DNA from: Camelus ferus
Taxonomy: Eukaryota
Assembly: GCF_009834535.1 (NCBI RefSeq)
Contig: NC_045696.1
Coordinates: forward strand, 66,342,001 to 66,406,000
Direction of reading: 5' to 3'
Length of the DNA stretch: 64,000 nucleotides
Part shown: positions 37,674 to 50,312 of the stretch, in pieces
How positions within the stretch are numbered: position 1 is the first letter of the stretch
Layout: every line of letters starts with the position of its first letter
Program-made: the position numbers and the translations under genes
The notes under the pieces: generated by a model
The model's input: the letters and a program-made list of their open reading frames with translations, nothing else
The model's database searches: none
What the model was told of the DNA's origin: nothing

Positions 37674-39560
37674 ACCTCCAGTCACATGGATTATCTTTGT
37701 TACCTTCAGCGTCTCCTCTTCCAGTGTTCCTTTGCCTGAAATGCTTTCCTTCTGAGTGGAACTTAGGACCAATCTGCAACCTGCATTATGTCTAAGAGCT
37801 AAATTATTTTGTTTTTCATTTTCCTTCTAAGTAATGATTGTCTTTGCAAAAACTGCTAGTAAATCAGAATGCAGGAGGCACCACAGCAACGGAGACCGTG
37901 GGGCTTTCCTCTGGATGTCCCAGTGTGGTTTATGATTCCAAGGAAGAAGTTTCACAATAATCTTATTTGCAGCTGTAATATCTGGTAACCCCATGGTCCA
38001 TGACACCGTGTTTTGATTCAGGAGTTCTTGTACCACCCTGGGATCTTACGATGAGTGTATGGGTAGGTGCCCATTTGCCCACGCACATTTATGGGAAAGT
38101 GGATCTGTAAGGGGAGCAGGGGAGTGTCTGTGGTTTGCCTTTTAATTAAATCAAGTAAAAATTTATTGTGGCTTTCAAAATATCTCTCAAATTACTGTAA
38201 AAGAAGCCTTGGATACTTCTCAGAAAGTGTTATCACAGATTGTCTGGCAATGGAAAGGGTGGAAATATTAACAAATTCAAATTGAATGATGTTCTAAAAA
38301 TCTTTAGTGTTAGTTATGATTTGTAACCTAAGTTTTCAACCTTAGAAAACACTGAAGCTGAGCCTAGGTCTAAATTAGATAGTGAGACATAGAAGCTCCA
38401 TCTTATCCACCCCTTTTGAAAACCATCAGGAAGTCAATTGTTCAAACTTCCTGGTTAGAGATATCATCATTCACACTTTACATAGTAAAAGCATGGCCCC
38501 AAAGAATAATAAGTAGCTTGCCCAAGATAGCATGTTTGCTTGCAGTGTAAATAATATTTATACATGCAAAAATGCTTGTCACGTGTTAGCACTGTCAATG
38601 AAATAATGATCTTCATTTGAAGGGGGAAATAAATCTGGACATCATCAAACTCATCCAACTATTATTTCTCATTTTTCTTTGAAAGTCTGTGCCTTTATGC
38701 CACAGGGATGGTATCAGGTTTTCACTTTTTTAAGAACTTTACTGGCATAGGCTCTCAATCTGACCCTATTTATTTAATCATGACTTAGTACACCAATGAC
38801 AACAGCAGGGAATTTGAAAATTAGTGGAATCCTGAGAAATACTACATTGAATTATTTTCTGCTGTTTTACAACATGACAGTTTGAATAGTTTTAAATCTG
38901 GTGATCTCTCTGAACATAAATCTACTATGTTCCAAAATAACGTCTTAAACGGTATTCTGTTTTGTTCTAAGGAAATAGTACGCACATCCCCCAACCCACA
39001 CTCGTCACTGGAGATACAAGTGTTCCTTATCCAGCCATGATAATGTATCAGAAATTCATTTCTTGTCTTCCGTTTTCACCCACCCAGGTTCTCTGCAGCT
39101 TGATGACTGGAGTATAAAGCTATTGACTATTACCAAGATATATTGTAAACTGTTTTAATTATAAATGTTTTAACATTGAAGATGGCACACATGATTGTTA
39201 TTTCAAATTTAAAATACTCCATTGTTAAGGATTAAAAATGTATTAGTTCAGCTAAACCTACTCAACTAGATCAGTGATCATTTAGTCAGAGGATTTTAAA
39301 CTGAATGTTGAAAACACAAAGTGCTAGAGCTGCAAGGATTCTTACTCATCATTCAGGCGTTTGTTTCTCTGGAGAAGAAACTATGTTGATTACCTGCAAA
39401 AAAAAAAAAAAAAGATCACTAGGACTGGGATCTCTTGATTCCTAGTTACTTTGTCTCTTGTCTCTCTTCCATACAACACTGAAATATGCTTGGTCCTCTA
39501 CAACTCTTCTCTTGTTGGTCTAGACATGATTTTTACACATTCTAAAACGTTTTCTGCCAG

Positions 39561-39725
39561 GTACTTTGCAAGCAACCCGCGCCTTGATGGTGATTGGCAT
39601 CCTGCTGGGACTGATAGCCATTTGTGTGGCCACTGTTGGCATGAAGTGTATGAAGTGCCTGGAAGATGATGAGGTGCAGAAGATGCGGATGGCTGTCATT
39701 GGGGGCGTGATATTTCTTATTTCAG
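39561..39725 (+). CDS. CLDN1: Claudin-1 coding exon 2 (165 nt)
   Basis: ttttctgccag acceptor; (S)[10 protein letters not shown]...[28 protein letters not shown](G); donor G|GTAAGA; phase consistent. Confidence 0.99.
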
Positions 39726-41981
39726 GTAAGAGCAGTCCTGTCCCCTATTGGACTTATTAAACTCTCTCTGGAATGGTTTAAGATCTAGTTTTTGGTTTCC
39801 TTAGATTACACTGGATTTGTTGCACTTGGATCGATTTAATTCAATTCCTTTAAAATCTGAAGACATAAAACCATAAGTCCAGTTGACTTATACACGAAAA
39901 TTTGAGATTGCTGCCCATAATGGACAGGTCTATTCCCTGAAGTTTCAGGTACCAACTGGTTTGTTAGAACCGGTTTCTCCAGGCAAAGAGTGAGATTTGT
40001 TACCTAGCACACACTAAGGAGCAATTCTATATAATGTAGAGAATTTCCATAGTGTCCCTGCAGACACCGTGTGGAAAAGATGGGGGATACTGAGAGAGAA
40101 CATGAAGAATGTGTCAGCCATGCAGGTGTGTGGAGAATGGACGGGGCTGGGGTTATTGGAGGAAGATGAGGACATCATTCCACGTGGGCAGGTCTGTTTC
40201 CAGAACAAACATGCTGCCACCTATCCATCATTGGAGAGAAATGCCAATTGGAGTGGAGGTGGAGCGTTGGAATCCTAAGAAATGAAAGTAAATGAGTTCG
40301 GAAAGAAAATAATACAACAAGGTCTTGAGAAAAACCTTGATAAAAGAATGAGGTTGTCTCTTCCATAGAAAATCATTATGTATTTATTGTTTTATTCACA
40401 TGTTGATTAAAGAGTTAAGATCTGTGACCTTCGAGAAAATGAGAGCCGGAGGAAGACATCGAGCCTTTGTTTGTAAAGCCTTACAATGAGGTTTACATTA
40501 AATAAGACAGTGTGGGTGTAAAATTGTGTGTGTATAAAGCAGTAGGCTATATTACTATGTATTAGCTATAGCATATGTGTCATATACTATAAGTAGTGGC
40601 CTATCATTTTGAAATAGACTATTATATATACTATATAAAGTATATATAGTAGTCTATTATTTTTGAAAATGACACCAATGATATAATCTACCACTAGAAA
40701 ATTCTACCACTAGAATTAGACTTTCTTCTCTCATTTTATTTTTAACAAGAGACCTTAGGAGGGGTCCTGCACCCAGCATGTATGTGGATCTCATCAGTAA
40801 TGTAGGAGTACGTGTGGGTTTGCTAAAGTCTTGGTTAGTTTAACATGACCGGGCTTTTAGTTTATTCAAATTGCTCCTATCAGGAAAAGCATGGATAGCA
40901 TTTTATTCCCAACAGTTTGATTTTACATCAAAGGCTATGAATAAAAGTTACTGTGTAGACCCTTTCTTTTGCTTGTCTCTTGTAAGTCTCACCCATCACT
41001 CCCACTTCAGTTTCTGGGACTTCCTAGGGAGGGAGGGTTACAAGTTCCAGAGCATTCTCAAGATCTATTTGAGCAGCCAAAAGCAGGAGTGTTTTCTCCC
41101 GAGTATTTAGAGGCAATTAGATTGCACCACTTTTCTGTGGGAGGAAGGGGGAAGGAGGGGTAGCATAGAAACTTTTAATCTGTCTAAATTGATGAATTTT
41201 TAGAATTACTATAAAAAGAATTATTTAGTTTCTTTGGATAAGAAAAATTGAGGTGTTGTATGCTTCTTATAAGTGATAGACTGGATTACTTTGACTATAC
41301 AGTTTCTCTATTACTGAAATATGAAAGGCAGGAGAAATTGGGAGTGTACTGTCTGTGTCGATCTGATGTGGTCAGCGAATCTCAAGGCAACCCCTAGCAC
41401 GTCTGGCCAGTGGGCCGTAGGAATTTAGGCGATCTGGCCCACTCTGAGATAGGTCCTGCTCCTTCCTGCTACCTTGGAATCTTTACTTTGATTTGATCCT
41501 TCAGAAGTGTAAATTTTGAGTCTTGGCCAAGAAGAATGTAGAAGAGTTTTCATCTTCCCTTTTCTATGGGACTGGCTATACTAATAAGGACTTCGACTTT
41601 ATCCAAAGTAGTCAAGTGCACTAACGTATAGCGCTGTATTTGAGAGAGATCTTAAATGACATGAACCTGCTGAACTGTTCCCCAAAAAGTGTTACTTATG
41701 CCGATGACCTTGAACTATAAGTGAATAAGATGACATGAAGAGTATAAGCTATGCCTAACTCCAACCTAATATTTTGTCTGTCTTAAGAGAATATTTAGGA
41801 TAAATCATGCCTGAACCACTAGTCTCCCTAAAGTCGTCTGAATTAAAATGGACTAAATTAAAAATGTCAGGACTATTGATGAGAGTTAATTCTAGTAAAA
41901 TACTTATACATGTAATGAGCCGTATATTTATGCTCCACATTCCATGGTGATTAACAGTCTTTTGTTTTGAATTTCTGTTAG

Positions 41982-42066
41982 GTCTGGCCGTTTTAGTCGC
42001 CACAGCGTGGTATGGCAATAGAATTGTTCAGGAATTCTATGACCCCATGACCCCGGTCAATGCCAG
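41982..42066 (+). CDS. CLDN1: Claudin-1 coding exon 3 (85 nt)
   Basis: tttctgttag acceptor; (G)[27 protein letters not shown](R); donor AG|GTAATG. Confidence 0.99.
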
Positions 42067-42959
42067 GTAATGCTGTTCACGCGTATAGTTTGCTCTCTGA
42101 GAAGATACCCTTGTTATGTTCTGCATAGTCTGGGTCGTGCTATAGCTTCCAGATTTGCCATCCAGAATTTTATGCAATTTTCTGTCAAATTTGAAATAAT
42201 TTGAATGGCCTGTAACTCAGTTAAACTAAGTTTGATACTTGGTCTAACAGCCTATATTAATGACAAAATGAACTTCAAGGTAGAAAAGTTCCAAGATGTG
42301 TGCTTTTCAAATGTATGCCAAAATGTATGTTTTTCCATATTTAAAAAATATTATTAATAAAGATACCAATATATTTGAAATTTCATTTTGAAGTGTATTC
42401 TGATACTTATAATACTTAATTGTGACTATTTGTAACTGAACGCAGCTTATGATTGATCGAAAAAATAGTATCTTCTGTAGAGGTTAATAAATAACACTTC
42501 ATTTCTAACAGTTTATTAATCTTATTTATGGAAAACAATCTATTTATGAAAATGATAAGTTACCACTTTGAAATTCTGTGTTTCATCTCAACCATAAAAT
42601 TAACTTTACAAAAGTCTTCCTTCTTAATACTGCAAGTTGTGGAAGTTAAAGAGCTGACTCTGGGCTCTCACTTAATGACACTGTTTGATCAGAACAAGGC
42701 TCCTTGTCTCATTGTATTCACATCTTTAGAGGCTAATAACTACATTTAGGATCAGGATGTTAGGCTGTAATTATTGTTTGTTAAGTGCTAAGATGAATGG
42801 ATGAAAACTCTAGTGGTTGGAGAGAGAAGGTGTGTTTCTCTTTGTGATGATCACCCACGCATAGGAGGACACGTACCGCGATGATTGTGTTAGAACCCAT
42901 CCCATAAGATTTACCACATAGGGGCAGAAACTGCTGGAGGTCAATAGGCTAAAATTTTA

Positions 42960-43195
42960 CCAGTAATGGATATGAAAGTACAGTACAAATTGCTAGGCGC
43001 TGTACACTTGTTTGCATTGTCTCACATGATCCCCAAAGCAGTTCCGTGACACGGATGGGATCATCCTGCTTTACGAGAAGCAGTAACTGAGGCTGAGAGG
43101 TGGAGTTCCCAGCCCACTGTTGCAGCACTTGAGAATTTGCTTTAAGATTCAAACCCAGGCCTTTTCACTCCAGATCCAGCCCTTCTCTATTCTTA
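42960..43195 (-). mobile_element. MIR SINE in intron 3
   Basis: tctcacatgatcc...taactgaggctgagaggtgg...attcaaacccaggc...tccagatcc. Confidence 0.7.
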
Positions 43196-43803
43196 CTGTC
43201 CACCATCAATCGCAGGGTCTTCTCCCCAGAAGTATGGCTTCATACATCCGCCTGGGTCAACTTAATCTAGAACAATCTGTGGGCTGCTGAGAAGTCTTCT
43301 GCACAAAACCACAAATTTCAGATTTCAGTGTTTATAGGTACCTGGGATTAACTACCCCAAACGTTAACAGTCTCCACCACACCGTAGCAGTTTCTTTAAA
43401 AAGTACGGCTGCTGCTTGGTGATAGCACGCCTTGTTAAGTGTCAGCCTAGGATCCAAGGACCAAGCCTGACTTCTGAAACACGTGAACATGCTTTACAAG
43501 TCTCCTACACGTGGGAGAGTCTTTCATTTTAGTTGTGTAATAGTTGTGAAATTAACCTGCTATTGCATGCTGTGTTGCCTGATCTACTATTGCAAATTGT
43601 CAACGACGGCATTGTCAACATTCTTGAGTGTGTGTGTGTGTTCAAAAACCTTAAAGTACTTCATAAAACTTAAAGAGATAATGAGGAGTTATTTGCAGTG
43701 GGAAAATGTAGTAAGTATGATACTGATTTCTTTCCTTAATTATGTTAGAAACACTTCCAGTGATTCATTGATTAAACAGGTGTGCATGATCTTTTCTTTC
43801 TAG

Positions 43804-43966
43804 GTATGAATTTGGACATGCTCTCTTCACTGGCTGGGCTGCTGCTTCTCTCACCCTCCTGGGAGGCGCCCTGCTTTGCTGCTCGTGTCCCCGGAAAACA
43901 ACATCTTACCCAACGCCACGGCCCTACCCGAAACCTGCGCCTTCCAGTGGGAAAGACTATGTGTGA
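43804..43966 (+). CDS. CLDN1: Claudin-1 coding exon 4 (163 nt to TGA)
   Basis: ttttctttctag acceptor; [54 protein letters not shown]-terminal YV PDZ motif; total CDS 636 nt. Confidence 0.99.
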
Positions 43967-45409
43967 CACAGAAGCAAGCGGAGACAACTCTGTGGGGGAA
44001 AAAACAGGAAATGGACATGGAAATATTGTCACTGACATTAAGAGCTTAGACTTTTGGCTCTTGTAGTCTGAACTGTGGTGTTACTAAAAAACCGTATTTT
44101 TTTTTAATACCCATTACTAAAAATGGCTTATTCTTATTTTAGCTCCTTTCCTCAATACAGGAGGGAAGCCTTTTCCATTTGTATCACTGCTTCCCATTGA
44201 GTAATCATCTCAGTTGTGGGAGGAGGGCGCTCCTTAAATATATATAGATATGTACATATACATGTTTTTCTATAAAAAAATTAGATGGTGAAAAATCTTA
44301 TTTTCCTTATGTGGGTACCAGCATACTTAAAATATATCTAAAAAATAAAAATATATTTAATTCTATATTGATTAAATAGGTAGTTTATATGATATTTTCC
44401 TCTTCTTTGTTTATGTACACATAGATAATAAGTCAAATATCATTTACCGTCCTTCACCAGCTTTTAGTGTCTTTCACAGAAGACCTGACCTACTTTACCA
44501 AGTATGAATTATTTCAATTCTTCATATGTGCCCTTTTCATATACTTACATATACTTTTTTACTATGATCTTATAGTATTTGCTTTGTCATTGGTCATTCT
44601 TCATGCCTTTATTTTTTGTGAGGTTGGGCTTAACTCTTGAATCTGACAACACATTTTATATGCCTATAATTTAATTCTTAAAGTCTATAAGAATCTCTTA
44701 CAAATCAGAGCATTGGGAGCAAATCATTCTGTGCGACTAGACGGTATATTCCTGTTGACCTTCCCACACGCTCCCTGTACTCTGACCTAGAACATGCCTG
44801 TTTGCTTTGAAAATATTTGTCTCATTGAGGAGCTGTGTGCTGCTTTCCCAGGTGTTGTAACACCATTTCATTGATTGAATTTTTTTGAGCCTACTTTTTC
44901 CCAGTTGTATATCCTCCCAAACTACCTTTTTCTTCCCCTCCTTCCTCAACTGTACTGCTTTCTCATACACTTTACCTCTTCTCAGAGACGGGTAGCCTGC
45001 TTGTCTGCATGGAGTGTTGGACTATCTGCAGTGACAATCTGATGACAGATATTCCCTCTGTTTCTGTAAGGGAGTCATTTACTCTTTCTCCTCTTTTCCC
45101 ATCTGTCAAATTGAAATAATGATACTTAACCAGCTGGTAAAGTGGTGTAAGTATTAATTAGCTGATATTATGCTCATTCTTTGAACATGAAATATGCCTA
45201 AGTACTATTTGTATTTGCTAAATTGGCTGTTAAGAAGTCATTGAACCAGACCTACACGCAAGCTTTCACGTTGTTCAGCACCTTCTTTTCTCCACAGGTC
45301 CATGTCCTTCCTCTCAGCTGTGGCCACCATGTTGTTGGTGCTCTGTCCCATTTTAACAATTGCTCTTAGTTTTCTGGTCTGTGGAAAATGCTCCTTCACT
45401 TGAACAAGA

Positions 45410-45622
45410 TGATGTAATGGAAAGGGTGTTGACTTCAGTGTCTGGAGACCTAATTTAAGTCTTGGTGCTATCAATTACTCTGTGAGTTTGGGCAAGGCAC
45501 TTGGTTGCCCTAGATTTATTGCTTCATTTATAAAAAGAGGATTGTATTCCTGACCTGCCTACCTCACAGGGCTGTTGTGGGGATCCCAGGAGATGGGATG
45601 TATGTGAATGTGGTTTTGTAAG
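45410..45622 (+). mobile_element. MIR SINE embedded in the CLDN1 3'UTR
   Basis: gtaatggaaagg...ttgggcaaggcactt...cctacctcacagggctgttgtggggat...tatgtgaa. Confidence 0.75.
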
Positions 45623-46414
45623 ATGAGAGGTATTGGACTAGGGGAAAGAATTAAGGAATTCAAGTGCATGGGTTTGGGATTACTTTTCAAATGACTGAAA
45701 AGAGAGAAATTTTAAGACATGGATTTCTTGCCTTAACCATCCTTTCCAGTGATGAGACACTAAAGTGGAATTCAGCTTTTAAGTGAAAAGGATTCTAAGA
45801 AAGTGTTAGTTTTCTTCAGTCAGAATGGCCTGATGCTTTTTGTGGGTAAGCTTTTCTCCTATTAGGAATGCAGACTTGACCTAGGACAATTTTGCAGATG
45901 TGATGGATAAAACAGAAGTGTCAATGTTGGCAAACTGAAGAATGGAAGATTTTTTTGAATTATAATGACTTACAAGGGTAAACAAGGTGGATATCTCTCA
46001 AGTGATGTCACTGGAGGTGTTGCTATCAGCTGGCAGCTAGCACTGCTAGAAAAGGGAGTTGGGGAATGTAATTCATAGTGAAACCACATGGGGAAATTAT
46101 CCAAAGGACTGCATCATAGAATCTGAACCTCATAAATTTCAGTGTATCTTCCAAAAGTCTGTGCTCCTAGAATGTATAGTTCAAAGAACCTCTGCTACAT
46201 GCATAGAGCCTAATGATGGGTAGATATAAATACATGGGGTTACTAGTTGCTAAACTCTAAAAAGAAATCTATAGTCCGAAGTGGCCAACAGGATTATTAC
46301 ACCAGAATTTATCTAATTTTGATATTTTTGTACTCTGCTACATACCTGGAAACAGACAAATAGATACTTGGGGGTTTTGTAATGGGAATTTGTATAAAGC
46401 ATTACTCTTTTTTC

Positions 46415-46420
46415 AATAAA
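46415..46420 (+). terminator. CLDN1: Polyadenylation signal AATAAA (second copy at 46440-46445)
   Basis: AATAAA with upstream TGTA and downstream T-rich tracts. Confidence 0.8.
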
Positions 46421-47036
46421 TTGTTTTTTTTAAATATAAAATAAATCCTTGGTTTTTAAAAATTATTTATTTAACGATTGCCATGATTGGAAAAGAAGTT
46501 GGCTTGGGACAGCATCTGACTCACTGTGCGTCCCTGGGAAAGAGCTGTGGTGCCTCTGGGCCATCTGTCAGCTATTTGAGTGACTCCACCCACCGGGATG
46601 CCCTATTTCTCTCACACTGTGCTTCTTCTTCATCAAGGGAGGTGATAGAAGAGAATTTCAGGAGAAGTTACTTAATTTTCCTCACCCATAGAAAGGGGAC
46701 ATGCTATGGTAAATAATTAAGTGAAAAAACAGCCAACTGTAAAGTACTGTGAAAACTTAAGGTGGTTGTGTTCCTCACAGGTTGGAAGAGAGGAAGATAG
46801 CTAGAAATCCATTATTGTTTTTGTAATGATTATTATTAAAACTAAGTTTTAGGTTGGCAAGTGATGAAACTCGTCCACTCATTATCTGAAAATGTCAACA
46901 ATTGATAAAGCCTTAATTGAAACCTCTCCCTAAGCAAGCAAAGGATTGCTGCTCTATGTGGAGTCTCAGACATTAGCACTAAGGGTGAGAGACTAAGATT
47001 ATTGTCAGGCAGTTTGATCTGAACTCCCCTTAAATT

Positions 47037-47150
47037 GTTGTTTGTTTTATTTGTTTTAGACTTTTTTTTTTAAACTGAGGGAGTGGGGATTGAACCCAGG
47101 ACCTCGTGCATGCTAAGCAAGCACTCTACTCCTGAGCTACACCCTCCCCC
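47037..47150 (-). mobile_element. tRNA-derived SINE, vic-1-like
   Basis: Reverse complement ggggagggtgtagctcaggagtagagtgcttgcttagcatgcacgaggtcctgggttcaatcccc; 17-bp TSD tgaactccccttaaatt/tgaattccccttaaatt (47020-47036 and 47151-47167). Confidence 0.9.
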
Positions 47151-47837
47151 TGAATTCCCCTTAAATTAAGCAGATGCATCAGAATCCCCATTCTTTCTAC
47201 TGAATTTAAATCTCTGGGGTGGGTTCCAGGCTCATGAAGTTTGAGAGAAAATAAAATTCCTCAGTGCTTCTGACGAAAACTCTTCAAAGGAAAACCTGGA
47301 TTGTCATACCAAGTAGACATTCACCTCTATGTAAGCTCATCCTTATCAGATGTCATTGTCCTAAAAGCCATGTCATTTCTCACCCCCATCATTTAGTACT
47401 TTCTATGTGGACCTGTGCCCTGGTCCAAGGAAATCTTTGTACCATTCCCATTTTCCCACATTTTAAAGCCTATTGTTAATTCTAGTAAAATCTGGTAGCG
47501 GATTTTTTTCCCTTCTCTTTGTGTGTGGCTTGGGTATTAGATTTCCACAGCCTCCTCCTCCACCACCCCAGACATACCTCGTGTACCTCCAGCCTGCCCT
47601 AAAATCTCTACAAATAGCTGGTACCATGGAAACTGGCAAAAGTCACTGCAGGTTCTAGGGTTATGTGGGGACAGCTTGTTGAGTTTAAAAACACAGTGAG
47701 AAACGTTCTCAAGGCTCTGAAACACTGCAGACCTCATGGCATTTTGTATACTCATCTTCCATTGACACGTTTTTCCCCACATGGCCAATATCAGCAATTA
47801 GACAGGAGATATGAATTTATGTAATTAATGTTTACTG

Positions 47838-48200
47838 AACTCATATGTGGAATCTAAAAAAAAAAAAAGAAAGAAAAAAGAGGACACTAATGAACTCACC
47901 TACAAAACAGGAACAGACTCACAGACATAGTAAACAATCTTATGGTTACTGGTTGGGGGAAGAGAGTGGGAAGGGAAAAACTGAGAGTTCAAGATTTACA
48001 AATATTAACTACTATATATAAAAACAGATAAAAAACAAATTTCTTCTCTATAGCCCAGGGTACTATATTCAATATCTTGTAGTCACCTATAATGAAAAAG
48101 AATATGAAAACAAATATATGTATGTATGTATATGAATGAAACATTATGCTGTATGCCAGAAATTGACACATTTATACTTCAATAAAAATTTTAAAAAAAA
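47838..48200 (+). mobile_element. LINE-1 3'UTR fragment
   Basis: tatgtggaatctaaaa...aacagactcacagacatag...tatacttcaataaaaa tail. Confidence 0.88.
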
Positions 48201-48549
48201 GAGAAGTGAGCTCTAATACAGTAAAGACAAAAGACTTTATTTTTGATGATTATTTTTACCATAATATTTATTTTTCTGATAATAAAATCAAAACTTATTA
48301 ATCATTAAAGTAGAAAAGTAGAGTAGAGATAATTATTTTAAAGACTATAATAACCATATTACTCAAAAGCAAAACTATTAACAATCTGATGTGATCGTCT
48401 TCAGTCTTTCTTCTTTCCTAAAGATAAGCTTTGGAGTTTGTTGTTATTTTTTACTTTTTAATCACATAGTAAAAATAATTTTGATTTCTGTCCTGTTTTC
48501 TATTCATGTATATAGTAATATACTGCTACCATGCAGACTTCATAAACAG

Positions 48550-49500
48550 TCATTCATTCATTCAGATAATATTTTTAAGAAGTTAATATTTGTTAAATAT
48601 TTTCTACCACAAAGGAAATGGTGCCCCTGGATTTGTGCAACACAGCAACCATGAATAAAATAGTCAAAGCACTTTCCACTCCAGGAATTTATATTCTAGA
48701 TGGGAAATATAGGCAATAAAATATATATGCTAAATATATTGTATATTAAATAGTGGTAAGCCATATAGATAAAAACTAAAGTAGGCAAGGACTGAGAGGG
48801 TTCAGGGAGGGTAGCAATTAAAAATAATGAGGTCTTGGAAGTCCTCAATGAGAAGATGATGTTTAAGAAACAGCCTAAAGGAGATGAAGCAGAAAATCAA
48901 GTGGTTATCTAGAGGAAAGAACATTCCAGAAAAAGCAGGTCTAAATGCTCTACAGGGTATGAAATGTATAAACATAAAAAATGTTCAAGAAAGAGTAAGA
49001 AGGCCATTGTAGCTGGAACGCTTTAAGCTAGGAAGAGAGTGGTAGGAGAGGAAGGCATGATGGGAAGGGGCACCTAAACTGTACAGGACATGGTGGACCA
49101 CTGTAAGGACTTCAGTCTTTCATTTAAGTGAAAGAGTGTTCAGTTTTAAGAAGAGAAACCACAAGAGCTAAATTAAGATGTAATTTTCCCTGTTGTGCTG
49201 AGAATAGACTATAGGAGGGCAAGGAGAAAAAGCGGTGAGTTCAGATGGAAAGTTATCACAATAAGCCTGGCCAGAGATGGCTTGGTGATAGCACGTGCAG
49301 TAAGAAGTGCTTAGAATCTGGATCTCATTCTAAAGTAGAGCCCGCCAGTTTTGCTGATTGACTGGAAATGAGATTTCAGATTAAAAGAGGGGTCAAAGAT
49401 GACTCCAAGACTTTGGGCCTGCCTGAGCAATTAATAGTCTGGAGCTGCCAGAAACCAGGGAGGGAAAACTGTGGAAGAGTAGATTTGGAAGAGAAAATTA
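48550..49500 (-). mobile_element. L2 fragment
   Basis: cattcattcattca start; ggaaagaacattccag; aaggccattgtagctgga; gtcaaagatgactccaag. Confidence 0.8.
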
Positions 49501-49739
49501 GGTTTATTATCACTAGACTAAAAAGTCAGTAAAAGTAGAAATTAAATCTATTTTGCCCATTATTGAATCTTTTATTATCTTCTGAACTTTTTATTCCAGT
49601 ATTCTCAAGAGTATCCCCAAAGAAGTGAGGTGTATTAGTCTTAGGCCTGCCCTAGATTTTGGTCCTGATTCTGCCCTTCACTAAGTGTATCTTTTAATGA
49701 TTACATTTTAGTAATTTAATGTAGTAGTCAAGACCAAAT

Positions 49740-50312
49740 GTGCCAGGTTCGGTATTCTTGGAAGCAAGATGTCAAGACAGAATTGCAAGAGATAGAATGT
49801 TAATGCTTGTGGAAGAGAAAGGGGAAAGAAAGCAGGAGTGGACAAGAAAGGCTTTACCAGGGACTGGCAAACTTTCTGTGAAGGGCCAGATGGCAAATAT
49901 TTTAGGCTTTATGGGATGCATATAGTTTCTGTCACATATTCTTCTTCACTTTTTGTTAGAAAAATTCTCCTGTTTATGGGACATCCAAACAGAAGCTGTG
50001 GTCCAGATTTGGCTCATTGGCCATAGCTTGTCAACACAATCTGGTCTGACAACTGTGAAAGGAGAGAGGAAGGGAGCCCTGGTTTAAAGGATGTCCATTA
50101 AAGAAGACTTCACTGGGCAGAAATGGCCAGACTCTTGTACCCCTTCTGTGCTTAATCATTATCTGAGAGCTGTCCAGCAAGAGTGTGGTTTCAACCAGAA
50201 GGCTGCAGCAGATCCTAATGGCACTGCAGCTAAAAGCTGTCGGCAAACTGTTCCCAACATGGCAGACTCTGTTAAAAGAGGGATGTAAATAGTGCACATC
50301 CTGCATGCCACA
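49740..50312 (-). mobile_element. LTR16-like LTR interrupted by a MER58-like MITE (~49858-50040)
   Basis: LTR16-type ggaagcaagatg...gtctgacaactgtgaaaggaga...ctcttgtacccc; MER58-type caggg..ggcaaactttctgtgaagggccagat...ccagatttggc. Confidence 0.65.

Larger units (their letters stand above)
43967..46440 (+). other. CLDN1: CLDN1 3'UTR (~2.5 kb)
   Basis: AU-rich sequence from the stop codon to the AATAAA; its end resembles the recalled human CLDN1 mRNA terminus (gcattactcttttttcaataaattgttttt). Confidence 0.8.
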
